A stretch of 64,000 nt of DNA. Source: Octopus vulgaris (taxonomy: Eukaryota). The first letter of the stretch is position 1, and each line of letters starts with the position of its first letter. Below, one piece after another: positions 49,666 through 63,354 of the stretch. A program made the position numbers and the translations under genes. The DNA lies in assembly GCA_951406725.2 (NCBI GenBank), contig OX597814.1, positions 79,174,001 to 79,238,000 of the forward strand. The letters run 5' to 3'. The notes beneath the pieces were generated by a model that did no database searches, was not told where the DNA came from, and saw nothing but the letters and a program-made list of their open reading frames with translations.

Positions 49666-51124
49666 AGAGCAAAAATTTAGATTTAAATGAATTTAGTACC
49701 TAAGTTGAGGCACCAGAATTTAGTACGGTATTATCCACACAATTTCAAAATAAGGTGATTAAAATCAAAATAAGCAACAAGGATATCCAGATGTCTTTGT
49801 TGCTTATTTTGATATATGATTATATAAATAGAGAGAGAGCAGAGCCAGCCTTAGGAAGTGTGGGGCCCAAATGAGAACAATTTTGGTGGGTTCCAGGTTC
49901 CCAGTCAATTTGCACCAAGGTCTATAGAATCACAAAAATATAAAAATCCAGCTGTTGAATCTATGCTACTGTGCAGTGCCACATAAAAGCACTCAGTCCA
50001 CACTGTAAAGCTGTGGCATTAGGAAAAGCATCCAGCCACAAAAAAACATGCCAAACCAGACAGGTGCCTGACATAGCCCCAGGCTTGTTGGCCTCTGTCA
50101 AACTGTCTAACCCATGCCAACATGGAAAATGGGCGTTAAATGATGATGATGATGATATGCATATATGTACAGACACATATTATGTATATATTTATATGTG
50201 TGTGTGTGTGTATATATATGTATGTATATGTGTGTGGTAACATACTGAAACTTGGATAATTTGTTAATAAAATTTTCTACATATACGTCACAGATGATGT
50301 AGATTACGATTATATCGGAATTTGCTTTGTAAAGTATTTTTCTCTCACTTTTAAATAAACTCAAAGGTCCTCACTGTAGGTTGTTTAGTATGCTAGAAAT
50401 AACAGTTATTAGGTATAAAAAACAACCACTATTCTGATCTCTAAATACTCCGCAAAAGGGAAAAAGTCCTTTGCAGTATAATAAGAGCTGAGATTAGTTG
50501 ATAGCACTTGAAAAAAAATAACTTCAAAGTGAGAGGGAGAATTCCAAGGGCCCATCCCACTCCAATTTTGGTGGAAAAATGTCTTTTGCAGTATATTAGG
50601 AGATGAGATTACTTAATAGCACAAGCAAAAAACATTATTTTTCACCGAAATCAAGTTGGATGTTGTTAAACTATAAATTTAAAATACATCTAAACTATGC
50701 ATTTTTATAATATTCTGGCAAAAATCAAAAAGAAATTTAACAAAATTCCAAGGAAACTTTTATTTGTATGTTGTTATGCTAAAAGAGATAAACATAAAAT
50801 GCAATTTTCATAATAATTATTAATTAGAATTTTTCAGAAGCTGGTTATATACTTAACGATTACTATTTTTTCTATAAGCTCTGTTGTAAGACACAGTCCT
50901 GTCTATGTGGCAAAAACTTTGTTTCTTAGCTATATGTCTCTGGATTTAGCACCAATTTTTCCCTGTAAGTTTGGAGTTATACTCCCTAAATCATTATATG
51001 TATATGTGTATATATGTGTGTGAATGGTGTATGTTCTTTTAGCTTCTCCAAGTAGCTCATCTGCTGCACTGATGCAATTTTGTTAGTGTAGTAATATTGG
51101 GTTGCCTCAAATGTTAGTTTAAAA

Positions 51125-51880
51125 TTATATGACAATCATAAAAGTCCAGGTAAAAAAAAAAAAAAACGGTAAAAAAAAAGGGTCAAAATATTTTTCCTTT
51201 TTCAGAATTCTATACTGGTTTGTGAAATGTTTATCTCTTAATTCTAAAACGTTTTTCCATACATCTGACTTGATATGAATTGAAAATAATTTTATGACTT
51301 TTGTTTGTATTTTGTTGTGCATGTTTGAAAGTTTTTCTTTGAATCTACTCACAAATATTTTCTTATTTGATGGAATACTGTATATTTTTCTATTAATGTT
51401 ATTAATTTTTTTTAATACTAAAGTTTGTGACAAGTTTTTCTGTGTATGTAAGTTAGTTTCTTCTTAGGTTTTCTAAATGGCTTATGAAGTTTAGTGGCTA
51501 AGTTAAGGGTGGTAACCCTAAAAATCTATGGTAATAAAGTTGATTACAATAATTATTATAAGCTTGAATGTGTTAAATATCTGTATTTTATATCTTTCTT
51601 ATTTTTATCAAGTGTATGTACTTTCATCTTTCTCAATGTAGCTAAGCCCTTTCTATATAATTCAATGTCTATGAATGTGAACTTCTTGGTGATTATATCA
51701 AAATTGTATAGTGCTGTAAAGTTACATAATTCTGCACTGTCATATTCACCTGTTCAAATATTAAGGATGCTCTCTTAGTTGGATTTTTTTTACCTAGAAT
51801 GAGTGTTTATTGAAAATTTTACCTAGAATGAGTGTTTATTGAAAATTATGGTCTTTTTTACATGGTATATAGTCTCCATT
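51125..51880 (-). mobile_element. Penelope-like element reverse transcriptase remnant
   Basis: Degraded frames read YDSAELCNF (GxYDGAExCE), DIELYRKGLA (GLYRDDGL), TLNLAT.LHKPFRKP..LTYIH, INRKIYSIPSNKKIF. Confidence 0.65.
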
Positions 51881-53109
51881 TCTCCATCTGTCTGTTTCTT
51901 TCTTTCTCTCTCTCTCTCTCTCTCTCTCTCCTATGCTGTTATAGCTCTTGGTGAACACTAATGTACTTGTGTGTAAAAGTCTATGATGTTGAATAAGGTA
52001 AATTTGTATCACTTCTTATACTTAATATTGATTTCAAATTTTAGCTCAAGGCCAGCAATTTTAAGTGATCAACTGGCTCTTATTTTATCACTGGAGAAGA
52101 TGAAAGGCAAGTCAGCCTCTGCCAAATTTGAACTTAGACCGTAAAAACAAGCAAAATGTACTAATGGTTCTGCCAGCTTGCTGCCTTATTCTGATACTTA
52201 ATATTGTTGGATATTCTGATACATAATATTATTAGTTATGACTATTTTTCCACTGCTCGAAGTTAGCTGCCCTTCTCATGATTATCATTGATTCCACTAA
52301 TAATATTGTTACTGATTAACTCTGTCTCAGATTTGGTAGAGTTAATAAGACTAAATTTTGGATTAGCCACAAATTAGTCATTGTGGTTCTGGAGTATGAC
52401 AAATGCTCTACATTTAGCTAGTGTTTTTAATATGGTGTGTACTTTTAGTTCCTGTGATTTTTGGCTCGTTTATGCTCTAATAAGTGTATGTAAATTTTTG
52501 TTTTGTTTCAGATTTGCTATTCATTAGAAACTGTGTAAATCATGGAAGTGTCTCTTCTGTTTGCTTGCCAGAGATCTGATCTCAGCCTTCTTAAGCCTTT
52601 GACATATGTATGTCATTGCAGGTATAAGAATATTTTGGTGAATGAATCAAATTGTAAAGTTCCATGTTGTAAGCAATATATTACTTCTGATTATTAAGCA
52701 TGCTTAATTGGAAGTTTGTATCTATATACCATCTACCATCAATTGTGGTTTGATCTCTAAAATACTCTACACCGAGTGGAGAATGCCTTTGTTAGCCTGA
52801 ATAAATAATTAAATCAGTCAATACAAAGGTAGGAAATGTATGAGAACATATATACAGCTTGACTATGTATGTCGTCATCATCATCATCATCATTTAGCTA
52901 TATTTTTGATGCTGGTATGAGTTGGATGCTTTGAAGGATTTGACAAGTTGAAGGACCACATCATACTCCAATATGTGCTTTAGCATGATTTCTACTGCTG
53001 GATATCCTTTCTAATGTCAACCACTTCAGAGTGTACTGGGTGCTTTTTGTATGGCATCAGCACTACTGAGGTCACCTTGTCACTTGCAGGACTAACAACC
53101 TAAAAAGGC

Positions 53110-54090
53110 TCCTTAATAACTTTAGGAGAATAGAAGAGAAAGGGTACGATGATTCTAGGTGGGATGATAAGAGAGGGTAAAATGTGAGGAGAGGAGCAGA
53201 GTTATAGTTGTGTGAGAATAGTAGTGAAGAGGGAATATAGAAGGAATCAGGGTAAGGGAAGGGATTAGTGTTAGCACTTAGTGAGAAAGAATGGGACAAA
53301 CTGAAAGCATGATAAAGAGAATTGTGAAGAAGGTATAGGGCTATTACACATTATAAACATGAATACAGATGAAATATGTGAGGAGAAAGGACCATGAAAA
53401 GAAGAAAAAGATGGGGTTGATGAGGACCTAAAGAGAGGTATTGAAAGAAATGAGGCTATAAGTATTGTGAAGTGTGTCAGAAATGGAGAGATGAGAGTGT
53501 TAAGATGGAGGAAGAGATGTGTGAAGAGTGAGAGAAAACAAGGCAGAGGGCAGGAGTGAGTAAGAGTAATGAAAGAGACTAAAGGGTACCATAGAAGTGG
53601 AAGAAAGGGTAGAGCGTGAATGCCAAGAAATCATCCCAGATGGAGAGGCTATGAAGAAAGGACAGTAAAAGTAAAAGGTAGGGGCTATAGTGGGTGAATG
53701 TAGCAAGAGCAGTGAGGAAAAGAAAAGCTGGAGGATGTCCTAGAAGAGGGAAGAGTAGAGAGTGAATTCAGGGAAAGGAGAGGTTGAGTGGAGAAAGACA
53801 GAGTTGAAGTGGGAGAGCAGAGGGTAAAAGCAGTCCAAGTGCAAGGGCTGAGTGAAAGAGGGGAAGGGGAACTGGAAACAAAAGCAGTGAAAGCATCCCA
53901 AACTGAGAAGAGAGGTAAAGGAGAGCCGAAGGTGAAAGCATTGTGAAGGTCTAAGGAGAGGGTTCAGTAAAAGAGAGGCAGAACAGAGCAGAGGACAGAA
54001 ACAGTAACCATCCCAAGCTGAGAGATTGAGGAGAAAAAACAATGGAGAAACAGAGAAAGAGCCATAGGTGAGTTGCAGCAAGAGCATCAC
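53110..54090. repeat. Long degenerate purine-rich (GA-like) tract
   Basis: Strong A/G bias over ~1 kb without a clear period. Confidence 0.8.
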
Positions 54091-55267
54091 TCCTCCCCAT
54101 AGCATCCTTTCTGCTTATATGGGAGAGACCCTTTTCTCTGGTACAGTATATCACCAGTTAATGCAGCCACTTGTCATATTTTTTGTGAGATTCAGCATCT
54201 TGTATGTGTATGTGATGATTATCATCCTCATCGTTTAATGTTCACCTTCCATATTGGCATGGCTTGGATAGTTTGACAGGAGCTGGCCAAGTAGAGCTAT
54301 TGTGTCTGTTTTGGCAGGGTTTTTACAGTTGGATGCCCTTTCTAACACCTACCACCCTGCAGAATGGACTGAGTGCTTTTCACATGACACCAGCACAGGC
54401 GAGGTCAGTTTTGGCATGGTTTTTACAGCTGAATGCCCTTCCAAATGCCTGCCACTTTACAGTGTGGACTTGATGCTTTTTATGCGGCACCAACAGTTGC
54501 AGGGTTACCAAGTAATTAGCAAAACCAGGAATTTTGAGAGGAGAGGGGCATTGGAGGAAGTGATCTTGTGTCAAATGATGGATGGTTAAAGTGTGATAGA
54601 GAGACAGAGAGGCAGAAACAGGTGTACTGTTGTAGAGGAGATACATGATTACCCAGCAAGGGAGAAGAGCAAGAGAAAGAGAGAGTGGGAGATAGCAAGT
54701 GTTCAAGAGAGAGCAGGGGAGAGATAGAGATGAAGTGCCAGGGTATACTCACAAGGAATGGGGTTCAGAGTATAGATGGGATGGTAGAGAGATAAATGGT
54801 GGCAATTGCCAGGGCATGCCCTCAAGGTACAGGAGGTCATAATACACATGGCCAAGTATTGCTATGAAGGTGTGAGTAGGGAGGTGAGGATTGCAGTGAC
54901 TGGTGAGAACCTGGGTATAAAGAGCGGGTGGGGAAAGCAGAAATACAATGAGTGGGGCAGGGATGGGGAATGGGAGATAATCATAGTGTATGAAGAGGAA
55001 ATGTGAGGAAGAAAAAGATGCAGTTTAGGAGAGATGTAGTTTGGTTTCTTGGGGTTGGGTATGTAAATATATGCACTAGTATTTATATTCATGCATTTGT
55101 ATTTGTATAAGTGTATAGGAGTATGCCTGGTGTCTATGTATATATGGATGCACTTCACTGAGTATAATATGTATTACATGTGTTGGTATGCACATGTACA
55201 TGAAAATTTGTAAGCACATATACTACAGAAATGTGTATGATTTTTATGATTGTGTGATTGTGGTGGT

Positions 55268-55690
55268 CATCATCATCATCATCGTTTAGCGTCCGTTTTC
55301 CATGCTAGCATGGGTTGGACGGTTCTACTGGGGTCTGTGAAGCCAGAAGGCTTCATCAGGCCCAGTCAAATCTGGCAGTGTTTCTACAGCTGGATGCCCT
55401 TCCTAACGCCAACCACTCCATGAGTGTAGTGGGTGATTTTTACGTGCCACCCGCACAGGTGCCAGACAGAGCTGGCAAACGGCCACGAACGGATGGTACT
55501 TTTTATGTGCCACCGGCACGAGGGCCAGGTGAGGCTGGCAACGGACATGAACGGATGGTGCTTTTTACGTGCCACCGGCACGAGGCCAGTCGGGGCGGCA
55601 CTGGCAACGGTCGCGAAACGGAAGGTTCTCTTACATGCCACTGGCACTGGTAACACATCTGCAATTTCCATTGATCGATTTCGATTCTGA
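55268..55690 (-). mobile_element. RTE LINE 3'UTR with four repeat units
   Basis: Colinear with 20416-20900. Confidence 0.9.
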
Positions 55691-56114
55691 TCCTGGTGTA
55701 TATATTTATAAGTATGTATATAAATATGTGTGTGTGTGTTTTTGTACACATTAACATGTCTTATTGAAAACTTATATAAACTACATTATGTGTGTATAGT
55801 CATATGCTGGAATTGTATACATAAGCTTTTCATTCAAGCAACGGTAGACAATTTACCACTTGACACATTGTATTAATCCTTCTGGTATTGCTCACTAATT
55901 TCAAATAACAGCCTCATTCTGATTGAATAACTTATAATGACACTGAGAAATGTGGTCAATTATTACAGCCTACTCTGGAAAATGAAACTTAGATTCTGTC
56001 TCTGAATACTTAACCTATATATATGAAAACAGGAGGTTGGAAACATTTTTTGGTACCATTTATTCACCAGTACACATGTTTCATTTGCTAATAGGAATTA
56101 CTTAATTGTACATG

Positions 56115-56480
56115 TCTCCATAGCTGTTTAATTTATATATGGATGGTGTGGTGAGAGAGATAAATGCTAGAACCTTTGGTAGGGGAACCCAAATGGTGGG
56201 AGAAAATGGAGAGAAATGGCAGGTGAGTCAGTTGTTTGCTGATGATACAGCACTGGTGGTGGATTCGGAAGAACAGCTAAAGAGACTGGTGGTAGAATCT
56301 GGAAAAGTATGTGAGAGGAAGAAACTGAAAGTGAACATTGCTAAAAGTGAGGTGATGAGATGTTTGAGAGATGGAATGGCTAGTAGGATGGATGTGAGTA
56401 TAACTGGTGAGATGTTAAAGGAGGTGAGTGTTTTTAAGTATCTGAGATCACATGTGAAGGTGAATGGGCGAGCAGGAATA
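56115..56480 (+). mobile_element. RTE-like LINE reverse transcriptase fragment (second family)
   Basis: LFNLYMDGVVRE...QLFADDTALV...LKVNIAKSEVM...VSVFKYL. Confidence 0.8.
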
Positions 56481-58790
56481 AGAGAAAAACTAACAACCAA
56501 AATGGATAGACAAATGTTGAGGTGGCACAACTAGCCTTCGTAAATGGCTTCCCTGACAACATATTGGTGCCACTGCCACAACTGTCAGGCAATGAGAAAA
56601 TGGTGATGAACTTGCTCATCACTCTAGCCCACATGTTGACATAAAACAATGGGTAGAAGGCAGTGGCGATGGCAGCAGCAGAAGCCCATGACATAGTGCA
56701 ATGATCAGTAAATATCTGAGTATACTTATATGTATTACATGTGTTGGAACGCACAAGTACATGAAGATGTGTAAGCACATATTTTACTAGAGAAAAGAAC
56801 TAGAAGAAGAAAACTGCCATGGAATGACAGCAACTGTTCATGGACCAGTGCTTCAAGTATCGGGGACTGCACATGACAAGGGACTGTGTGGAGATGTAGC
56901 CTAGACTCATTTGTTACTAGTGAAGGCAGCCTGGGCATATCACTCAAAATTGCAGTCAGGAAAAAGGCCATGCTGCCTCTCAGACTTCCCTTGTGAGTGT
57001 GTAGTGGTGCTCATGCAGTCGCTGCCTGTAGTTGAAATCTTGGATATGGGCTGTATGATTTCTCTCATGACTCCAAGGCTGACAAAAAAAAAATGGAATG
57101 GGATGAGTAGTGTTTGGGCAGTTGACAGAGAGGACAAGAGCAGAAAACACAGTAAGAAAGGAACTGGGAACTGGTATGTGCCCAAATTGGAAAATGGAAC
57201 CATATGGTGCAATGCTAGCAGCATAGCAATAGGGGTTGTACTAGAAGTTGGAGGTGTCACAGTGGACGATGTGGCCTGGCTTCGAAAAGCAGATGATTAC
57301 AACCACATCAATGTGACTGAGTTGGTGGAAAGCTGAAGGGGATGAATCTGGCCCTAAAATAGGGGCTGCACTCCATTGAAATCCAAACTGATTTGGCCAC
57401 CATGCTTGGCTGGGTAGGATCAGTGGTTATTGATGAAAAGAGAGTTCAAACTTAAGGGGCTGTAGAGATGTTAGTAAAGTGCTAGGAGAGCTAGCTGTTG
57501 AATTTGGTTTGAAGCTGAGTGTGGTCTTTGTGCCTTCAGAAAGGAACAAGGCAGACATTCTAACCAGGTTGAAAAAAGCCTGGTTGGTGGAGCTGGAAGA
57601 TTTGAAGCAAAGAATAGCTGCAGTACATTAGTTAAATGACTCAATACTAAGGTGACTTCATGCTATGCATCATATGGATGTGAACAGAACCCTGTATCTT
57701 GCCAGGAGGGTTCACACACATTACTAATTACTAAACAGAGCATCCAAAAGGTGGTTGGGAACTGTGATAGGTGTCAATCCAATGACCCTGCTTTAGGTGT
57801 GCATGAGCAGGGAAACATTTTGGTAGAGCACAACTGGAGATGATTGGTGGTGGATATCTCTTGATGGTCAACTATGGGCCAGGTCAGATGGCCATTTGGA
57901 GGGAATTGAAGACAAGCACTGCAGAGAAGATTGCATGTATCCTGAATGAGATATTCATGAAGTGAGGCCCTCTGGACAAATTGCTGATGGGCAGCGGCAC
58001 TGCATTTCATTCAGAGATACTGAAGATGCTTGATAAGTGGAACGGGCACCACTTCTTCTGAGTGGCATACAGGCTGAGTAGAAGTTGGATCATGGAAAAA
58101 CATCATCAAATGATCAAAGCCATGGCAGTGAGGGTGCATATCTCACTGCTGGAAGCAGTATTCTGGTACAATATGTTGCTTGATCAGAACAAGCTGAAGA
58201 GTCTGTGCAACACAGAGTGATATTCAGATATGAATGGCAGCATCCAAGTAAACCATCAGAATGCACTGCAGAAGAGAGAGGGCTTGTCTTTGTGGAGGTG
58301 GGAGATAAAGTCTGGGTCAAGCCTCTGAAGACACGCTGCACATCTCAGAGGAACAGAGCAACAGTAACGGCTGTTAATTCCAAAAATAACATTTCTGTGT
58401 ATGTTGCGTCACATTTTGGATGTTCACAGAATTGTTGCTTCATCGTACAACAGAGGTGGAGGAGAGGAAGAGAATGAAACTCCCTCCCCACAGAGATCAC
58501 AGCATGTGAAGCATTCATCTGGGTGGATGGCAGATTTTGACATGGTGTAAAGTGAGGAGGTGATCTTTGAGATCAGGGGGTGCATGTGGGGATGAGATGA
58601 GCTGGAAGGAAAGGGCTGTGATGTCAATGGTCAAGGAGCCAGAGCAGAACAAGAAGAGAGAAAGAGAGAGGAAGTGAGGAAAGCAAGACCAGGGTAATCT
58701 TCTTTCAGCTGGGCACACTCGCCTTGAATGGACATTAGTGGAATGAGCAAGTGGGATTGGTAGCAACGGCAGTTAACATTAGGTGTGACA
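56480..58790 (+). mobile_element. Gypsy/Ty3-like LTR retrotransposon internal remnant (gag, RNase H, integrase)
   Basis: LAFVNGFPD (gag), WCNASSIAIGVVLEVGG...AWLRKADDYNHINVTE (RNase H), CDRCQSNDP (integrase zinc finger), LLMGSGTAFHS and MEKHHQMIK (degenerate DDE core), VGDKVWVKP; many stops. Confidence 0.85.
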
Positions 58791-59639
58791 GGTAGGGTGT
58801 GTGTTTTAGACTTAGTACAGCTGACAATGAGAAGGTAGGTGAACCATATTTCCCTGCATTACAGTTCCCTCATAGACACAATGTATTTGAATGTTTCAAC
58901 TGTAGAGTGTACCTCACATACATATAACAACTCCTTCCTGAATTGGAATATTGGAATAAGCAGATGTACTTCAAGAGGACACAGTTTGGATTTTAACCGC
59001 ATCTACACATCATCATCATCATCGTCGTCGTCATCATCATAACTTAATGTCTGCCTTCCATGCAGGCATGGATTGGACGGTTTGACAGGAGCTAGCCAAG
59101 TAAAAGACTACCCTAGGCTATTGTGTCTGATTTGGCAGGGTTTTTATGGCTGGATGCCCTTCTTAACACCAACCACTCCATAGAGTGGACTTAGTGCTTT
59201 TTATGTGGCACCAGCACAGGCAAGGTCAGTTTTGACATAGCTTTTACAGTTGGATACCCTTCCAAATGCCAACCACTTTACATACATAGCATCAGCAGGG
59301 TAACCAAGTAATTTGCAAGAGAAGGAATTTTGAGAGGAGAGAGGGCATTGGAAGAGGGGATCTTGTGTCAGATTATGAAAGGATAGACAGACAGACAGAC
59401 AGACTGAAAGCATGTACTCTAGTGGTTATGGTGTTTCACTCACAATTGCCACATGGAAGAAGTACTGGTCATCTTCCAAAAGCCCCATTGTCAGACATGC
59501 TTCATGGAAGGACAATGTCTGTTTACTCACTGTCCTCATGTATAGGAGGTAGATCCACTGACCTCATTCCAGAGAAGTTGAACAAAGTAAATGTCAACAT
59601 ATGAAGGACTAACAGTGTGGATATGACCAACTACAGGCA

Positions 59640-61860
59640 CTCTGAATGCTAAATCATTTTTGAGTTCAATCAGTTCTCCCTGCTTTTGTCTGTTCCACAC
59701 TCTGATACTTGCATCCCAAACCTAGTATTCTGGCAAAATTGTTTTTTTTTTATTTGTTTTATAGAGATTAAAAAGGTTGTAAAGTTTGTTGCTAGCTGAT
59801 CTCTCTGAAGAGCTTCAAGCATTTCATTTTCTTCATAGAGAACCCACTGGCCATTTTCAAGATGGTTAGTCAATAATTTCACTGATGAGAAATACCTTGA
59901 GATTGGTTGCTCCAAGATACTCCACGCAGCTTCAGAACTTCCAGCATAATATTTGAGTTGTAACTATTATCTCATCAATAATATAATTATTATCAGCTCC
60001 TTGATCTTCAACAACTGCTTGATTACTCCCTTTAGTGAGTTATTTGTAATGTATCTTAACATTAATATGTCAATCAGATTGGTGAAGAAGAAACAAGTTG
60101 CAAGGGTCTACCCATTGTTTGGTAACCTCTTGTTCCACATATTGCTCTGGCTGTTTGATCTTAATTTTCCCCATGAAGTTACTATTCTATGGTCAGCAGT
60201 ATTTAGAATGGCTATCATTCCCTGGTTCTGTTCACTTCAGAAATGACTTTGGGAAGTTCTTCTCTCCTGTAGTCTTCACTCAAGGACTATTATTATTTAA
60301 ATGTCCATGGGCCCATGGATCATGTGACACATGATTGCTTTGATAAGTTTAGGCCTTGTATCCTTTTCAGAAAGCTTCATATTGATGACCTAGTCCTCCA
60401 GTGTGACCCACAGAAAAATGTGGGTATGAGGTGACCACACTTGTGGTATTCAACTGTTTAAAGTAAGGTTTGCATTATTTTCCTGAAAAATGTGAGCTTT
60501 TTTGCAGAAGTATTATAATTTTCTTCAGGTTCTGACCAAACACTTGAGTGATGAAATCAGGTTTATCATGGAGATCTTGTCCTGGCAGAAGATTACCTGT
60601 AATCTTCCATTTTGGGTTTCAGGCTACAGTTAAGAAGTAATCAGGTTTCCCATGAGGCAAACATGCCATGGCATAACTCAGTCTCTCATGAGTGTACAGT
60701 GAACTGCTGTTGAAAGTTGCTGCAAATACAATATTTGTCCCTGAATCTCTGGGATTGTCATCACCAGATAAGAGGTTATCATGAAGGCTTTTATAGTTGT
60801 TAGCACAGAGTTCCTTTTCTATACAACAAATATAACTTTAATGCTCAGTTTCAAACTTACAACACGTGCCATCCAGAATCTGCTGAAGATGCCTACACAT
60901 TTGCAGGATTTGGCCTCCACTCTCAGCATCTGATTGTGTAACTTTTTCTTTTGTTGTCCAGAAACTGTCCTGATTTTGGGGTAGATATGGTAGACATCTG
61001 TTCTATATGGAAATATGACTGAATACTGCAGTACATCGTAGGAAGGATGCAGCTCCTGCATCTTCTAGAGTAATTCGAAGCAAAGATACAGGATAACATT
61101 TCTGGCGTCAGTTTATTATCCATAAAAATGGCAATGTCTGCAGCTGTGGGTCCATTGAAACACCTTAGGTGCTTTCTTGCCTTCCTTGGTGATGATCTGT
61201 CTCTCCTCAGTGCCTTCCTCTTGCACTACATCTTGTGCTCTCTTCAACTCACGAATCAAATTTTTGAAGAATAGCTGGTTTTAGGTTGCTGTTTTTTTTT
61301 TGTTTTTTTTTTCCCTGACAGCTAGTTGTTCTTGAAGGGTTCCAAGAAAATAGATTTGTAGATATTTAGCATGACCTTCCTTTAATGTATGCAGAGAACC
61401 AATTATGTTAAAAATCTGTCCGTAGTCTCTAAAATTTAGGTCAGTATGTCAAATCCATGTGCTGAAAGCTTGTCATGGTAAAACTACTATTGTAACTTTG
61501 AGAGTTGTCAAGGAAAAGTTTGTTCTGATATATATTTATTTCATAAGAAAGGTGGTTGGCAGGATCTCTCTTCCTTGAACTTGAATGTACCACATTTCTT
61601 ACATTTTTAATCCACTGGGCCAATATTGGTGTAGGTTGGTGTATAATAGGGCTTGTAAATAAGGGCTAACTGGTAGAACTTTTTCTGATTAATTATCCTG
61701 CATAGTTGTCTAGCTCCCCTAATTCATTTTAGTTAGGTTCATTTCCGCATCAAGTCTTTCCCTCTGCTGTTCTCCCATTTCACTGGTTCTTTTTGACTGC
61801 TTTCTATCGAAGTCCAGAGTAGGTTTCAATATCCAGGAGTTGCTCTCTCTAAGAATCATG
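59640..61860 (-). mobile_element. Helitron Rep region, degraded
   Basis: SYNSSFTMTSF, GQIFNIIGSL..YLQIYF, NGPTAADIA, LHPSYDVLQY.VIFPY, HGKPDYFLT..NPKW, CHMIHGP, SEAAW.I..HLENGQ, in Helitron RepHel order. Confidence 0.9.
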
Positions 61861-62901
61861 ACTGAAAACAGAACATAAAAGTTAAAACAGTTTTATCTGA
61901 TTTTCAGATTATAAATCTGGTCTTAATTCTTCTCAACAGTGACTTGTCAAGCTTTTGAACAGGCTCATGTGCATGATTACAGACAGTGACAGGTGACTGG
62001 TTTATACTATGGAAGATGATACAAAACCTGAAAAATTTCTAAATTATTTAACATAAACTCATTGACTGTTATTTTACAGGTTTAAAATTGAAACAAACTT
62101 TACTCAGACCAAATTTACTTACATATAAAGTGATAGAATTTTTTTCACAAAATAATAAAGTAAATCATCCTGAGAGAATAATAAAATATGCTTGAAAAAC
62201 AATGAAAATGTATCTCATATGATATTGATTTTATTTAAACTCTTAACTTCATAAAAAAACTGTTAAACTTTTGCATAAAATTAGTGTAAAACATTTATGT
62301 TCAAACAAATCAGTAATTTTATTTACACTACCAATATCAGTATATTTATATTTTTATGCAAATTTAAGTTTAAAATTTAAAAGTCTTCTGGCTTCCTATA
62401 TAAAAATTTTTCTAATCCTCATAAATTTTTTTTGTCTTTCTAAAAAATTCTATTCTCTCTAAGCTCTGTATCAGAAATTTTTGTACCCCTTAAAGATGCT
62501 TTCTGCCCCTACTAAAAAATTTTATGCATCTCTTAAAAATTATGTGCTTCTGTAAGCCAACTCTGTAAATTGAAATAGCTACACAGCTAATAAAAAATCA
62601 TTATCAGAAAAATATGATCATGTAGTATATTGTATTTCATATTGATATCTTGAATAAGATATTAATAAATTCCAAGTAAGTGGGAGAGGGAGTGCGATTT
62701 TCGGGATCCAGTAGGCGAAATGAGGGTCTGTTTCTGTTTTTTGCAGCCAGCTGATTCTAAATCTGGTCTTAATTTTTCTTTTGAGTGCTCCATTCATGAG
62801 CTTTGAGGCAAATATGTGCACATGCACATGCGTGATTATAAGCATACACACACAACTTCTATACATACTTTCATTGCATACATGTATGTATTCATGAGGT
62901 T

Positions 62902-63295
62902 TGGCTGTGTGGTGAGAAGCTTGCATTCAAGCCACATGGTTCTGGGTTCAGTCCCATTGCATGACACCTTTTGCAAATGTCTTCTACTATTGCCTCAGGA
63001 TAACCAAAACCTTGTGAGTGGATTTGGTGGACAGAAACTGAAAGAAGCTTGTCATGTGTGTGTGTATGTGTATCTATGTGTGTGTCTGTGTTTGTCCCCA
63101 TCACCACCACTTAACAACTGATGTTGGTGTGTTTACATCCTTGCCATTTAGCAGTTCTGCAAAAGGGACCGATAGAATAAGTACTAAGCTTTAAAAATAA
63201 GTTCTAGAGTTAATTTGTCCAAAATATAACCTTCAAGGCAGTACCCCAGCATGACCGCAGTCAAATGACTGAAACAAGTAAAACATAAAAGAAAG
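62902..63295 (+). mobile_element. Composite SINE family B, full length, followed by (CA)n 63297-63352
   Basis: TGGCTGTGTGG A-box-like, GGTTCAGTCCC B-box-like, body, and GACTGAAACAAGTAAAA tail. Confidence 0.85.

Positions 63296-63354
<59 letters not shown>

Noticed and set aside
51788-51847. 29-bp tandem duplication; also ~20-bp units at 15890-15955
   Set aside because: Ordinary slippage duplications with no further structure.
53110-54090. Hydrophobic minus-strand ORFs resembling membrane proteins
   Set aside because: By-products of a purine/pyrimidine-biased low-complexity tract.
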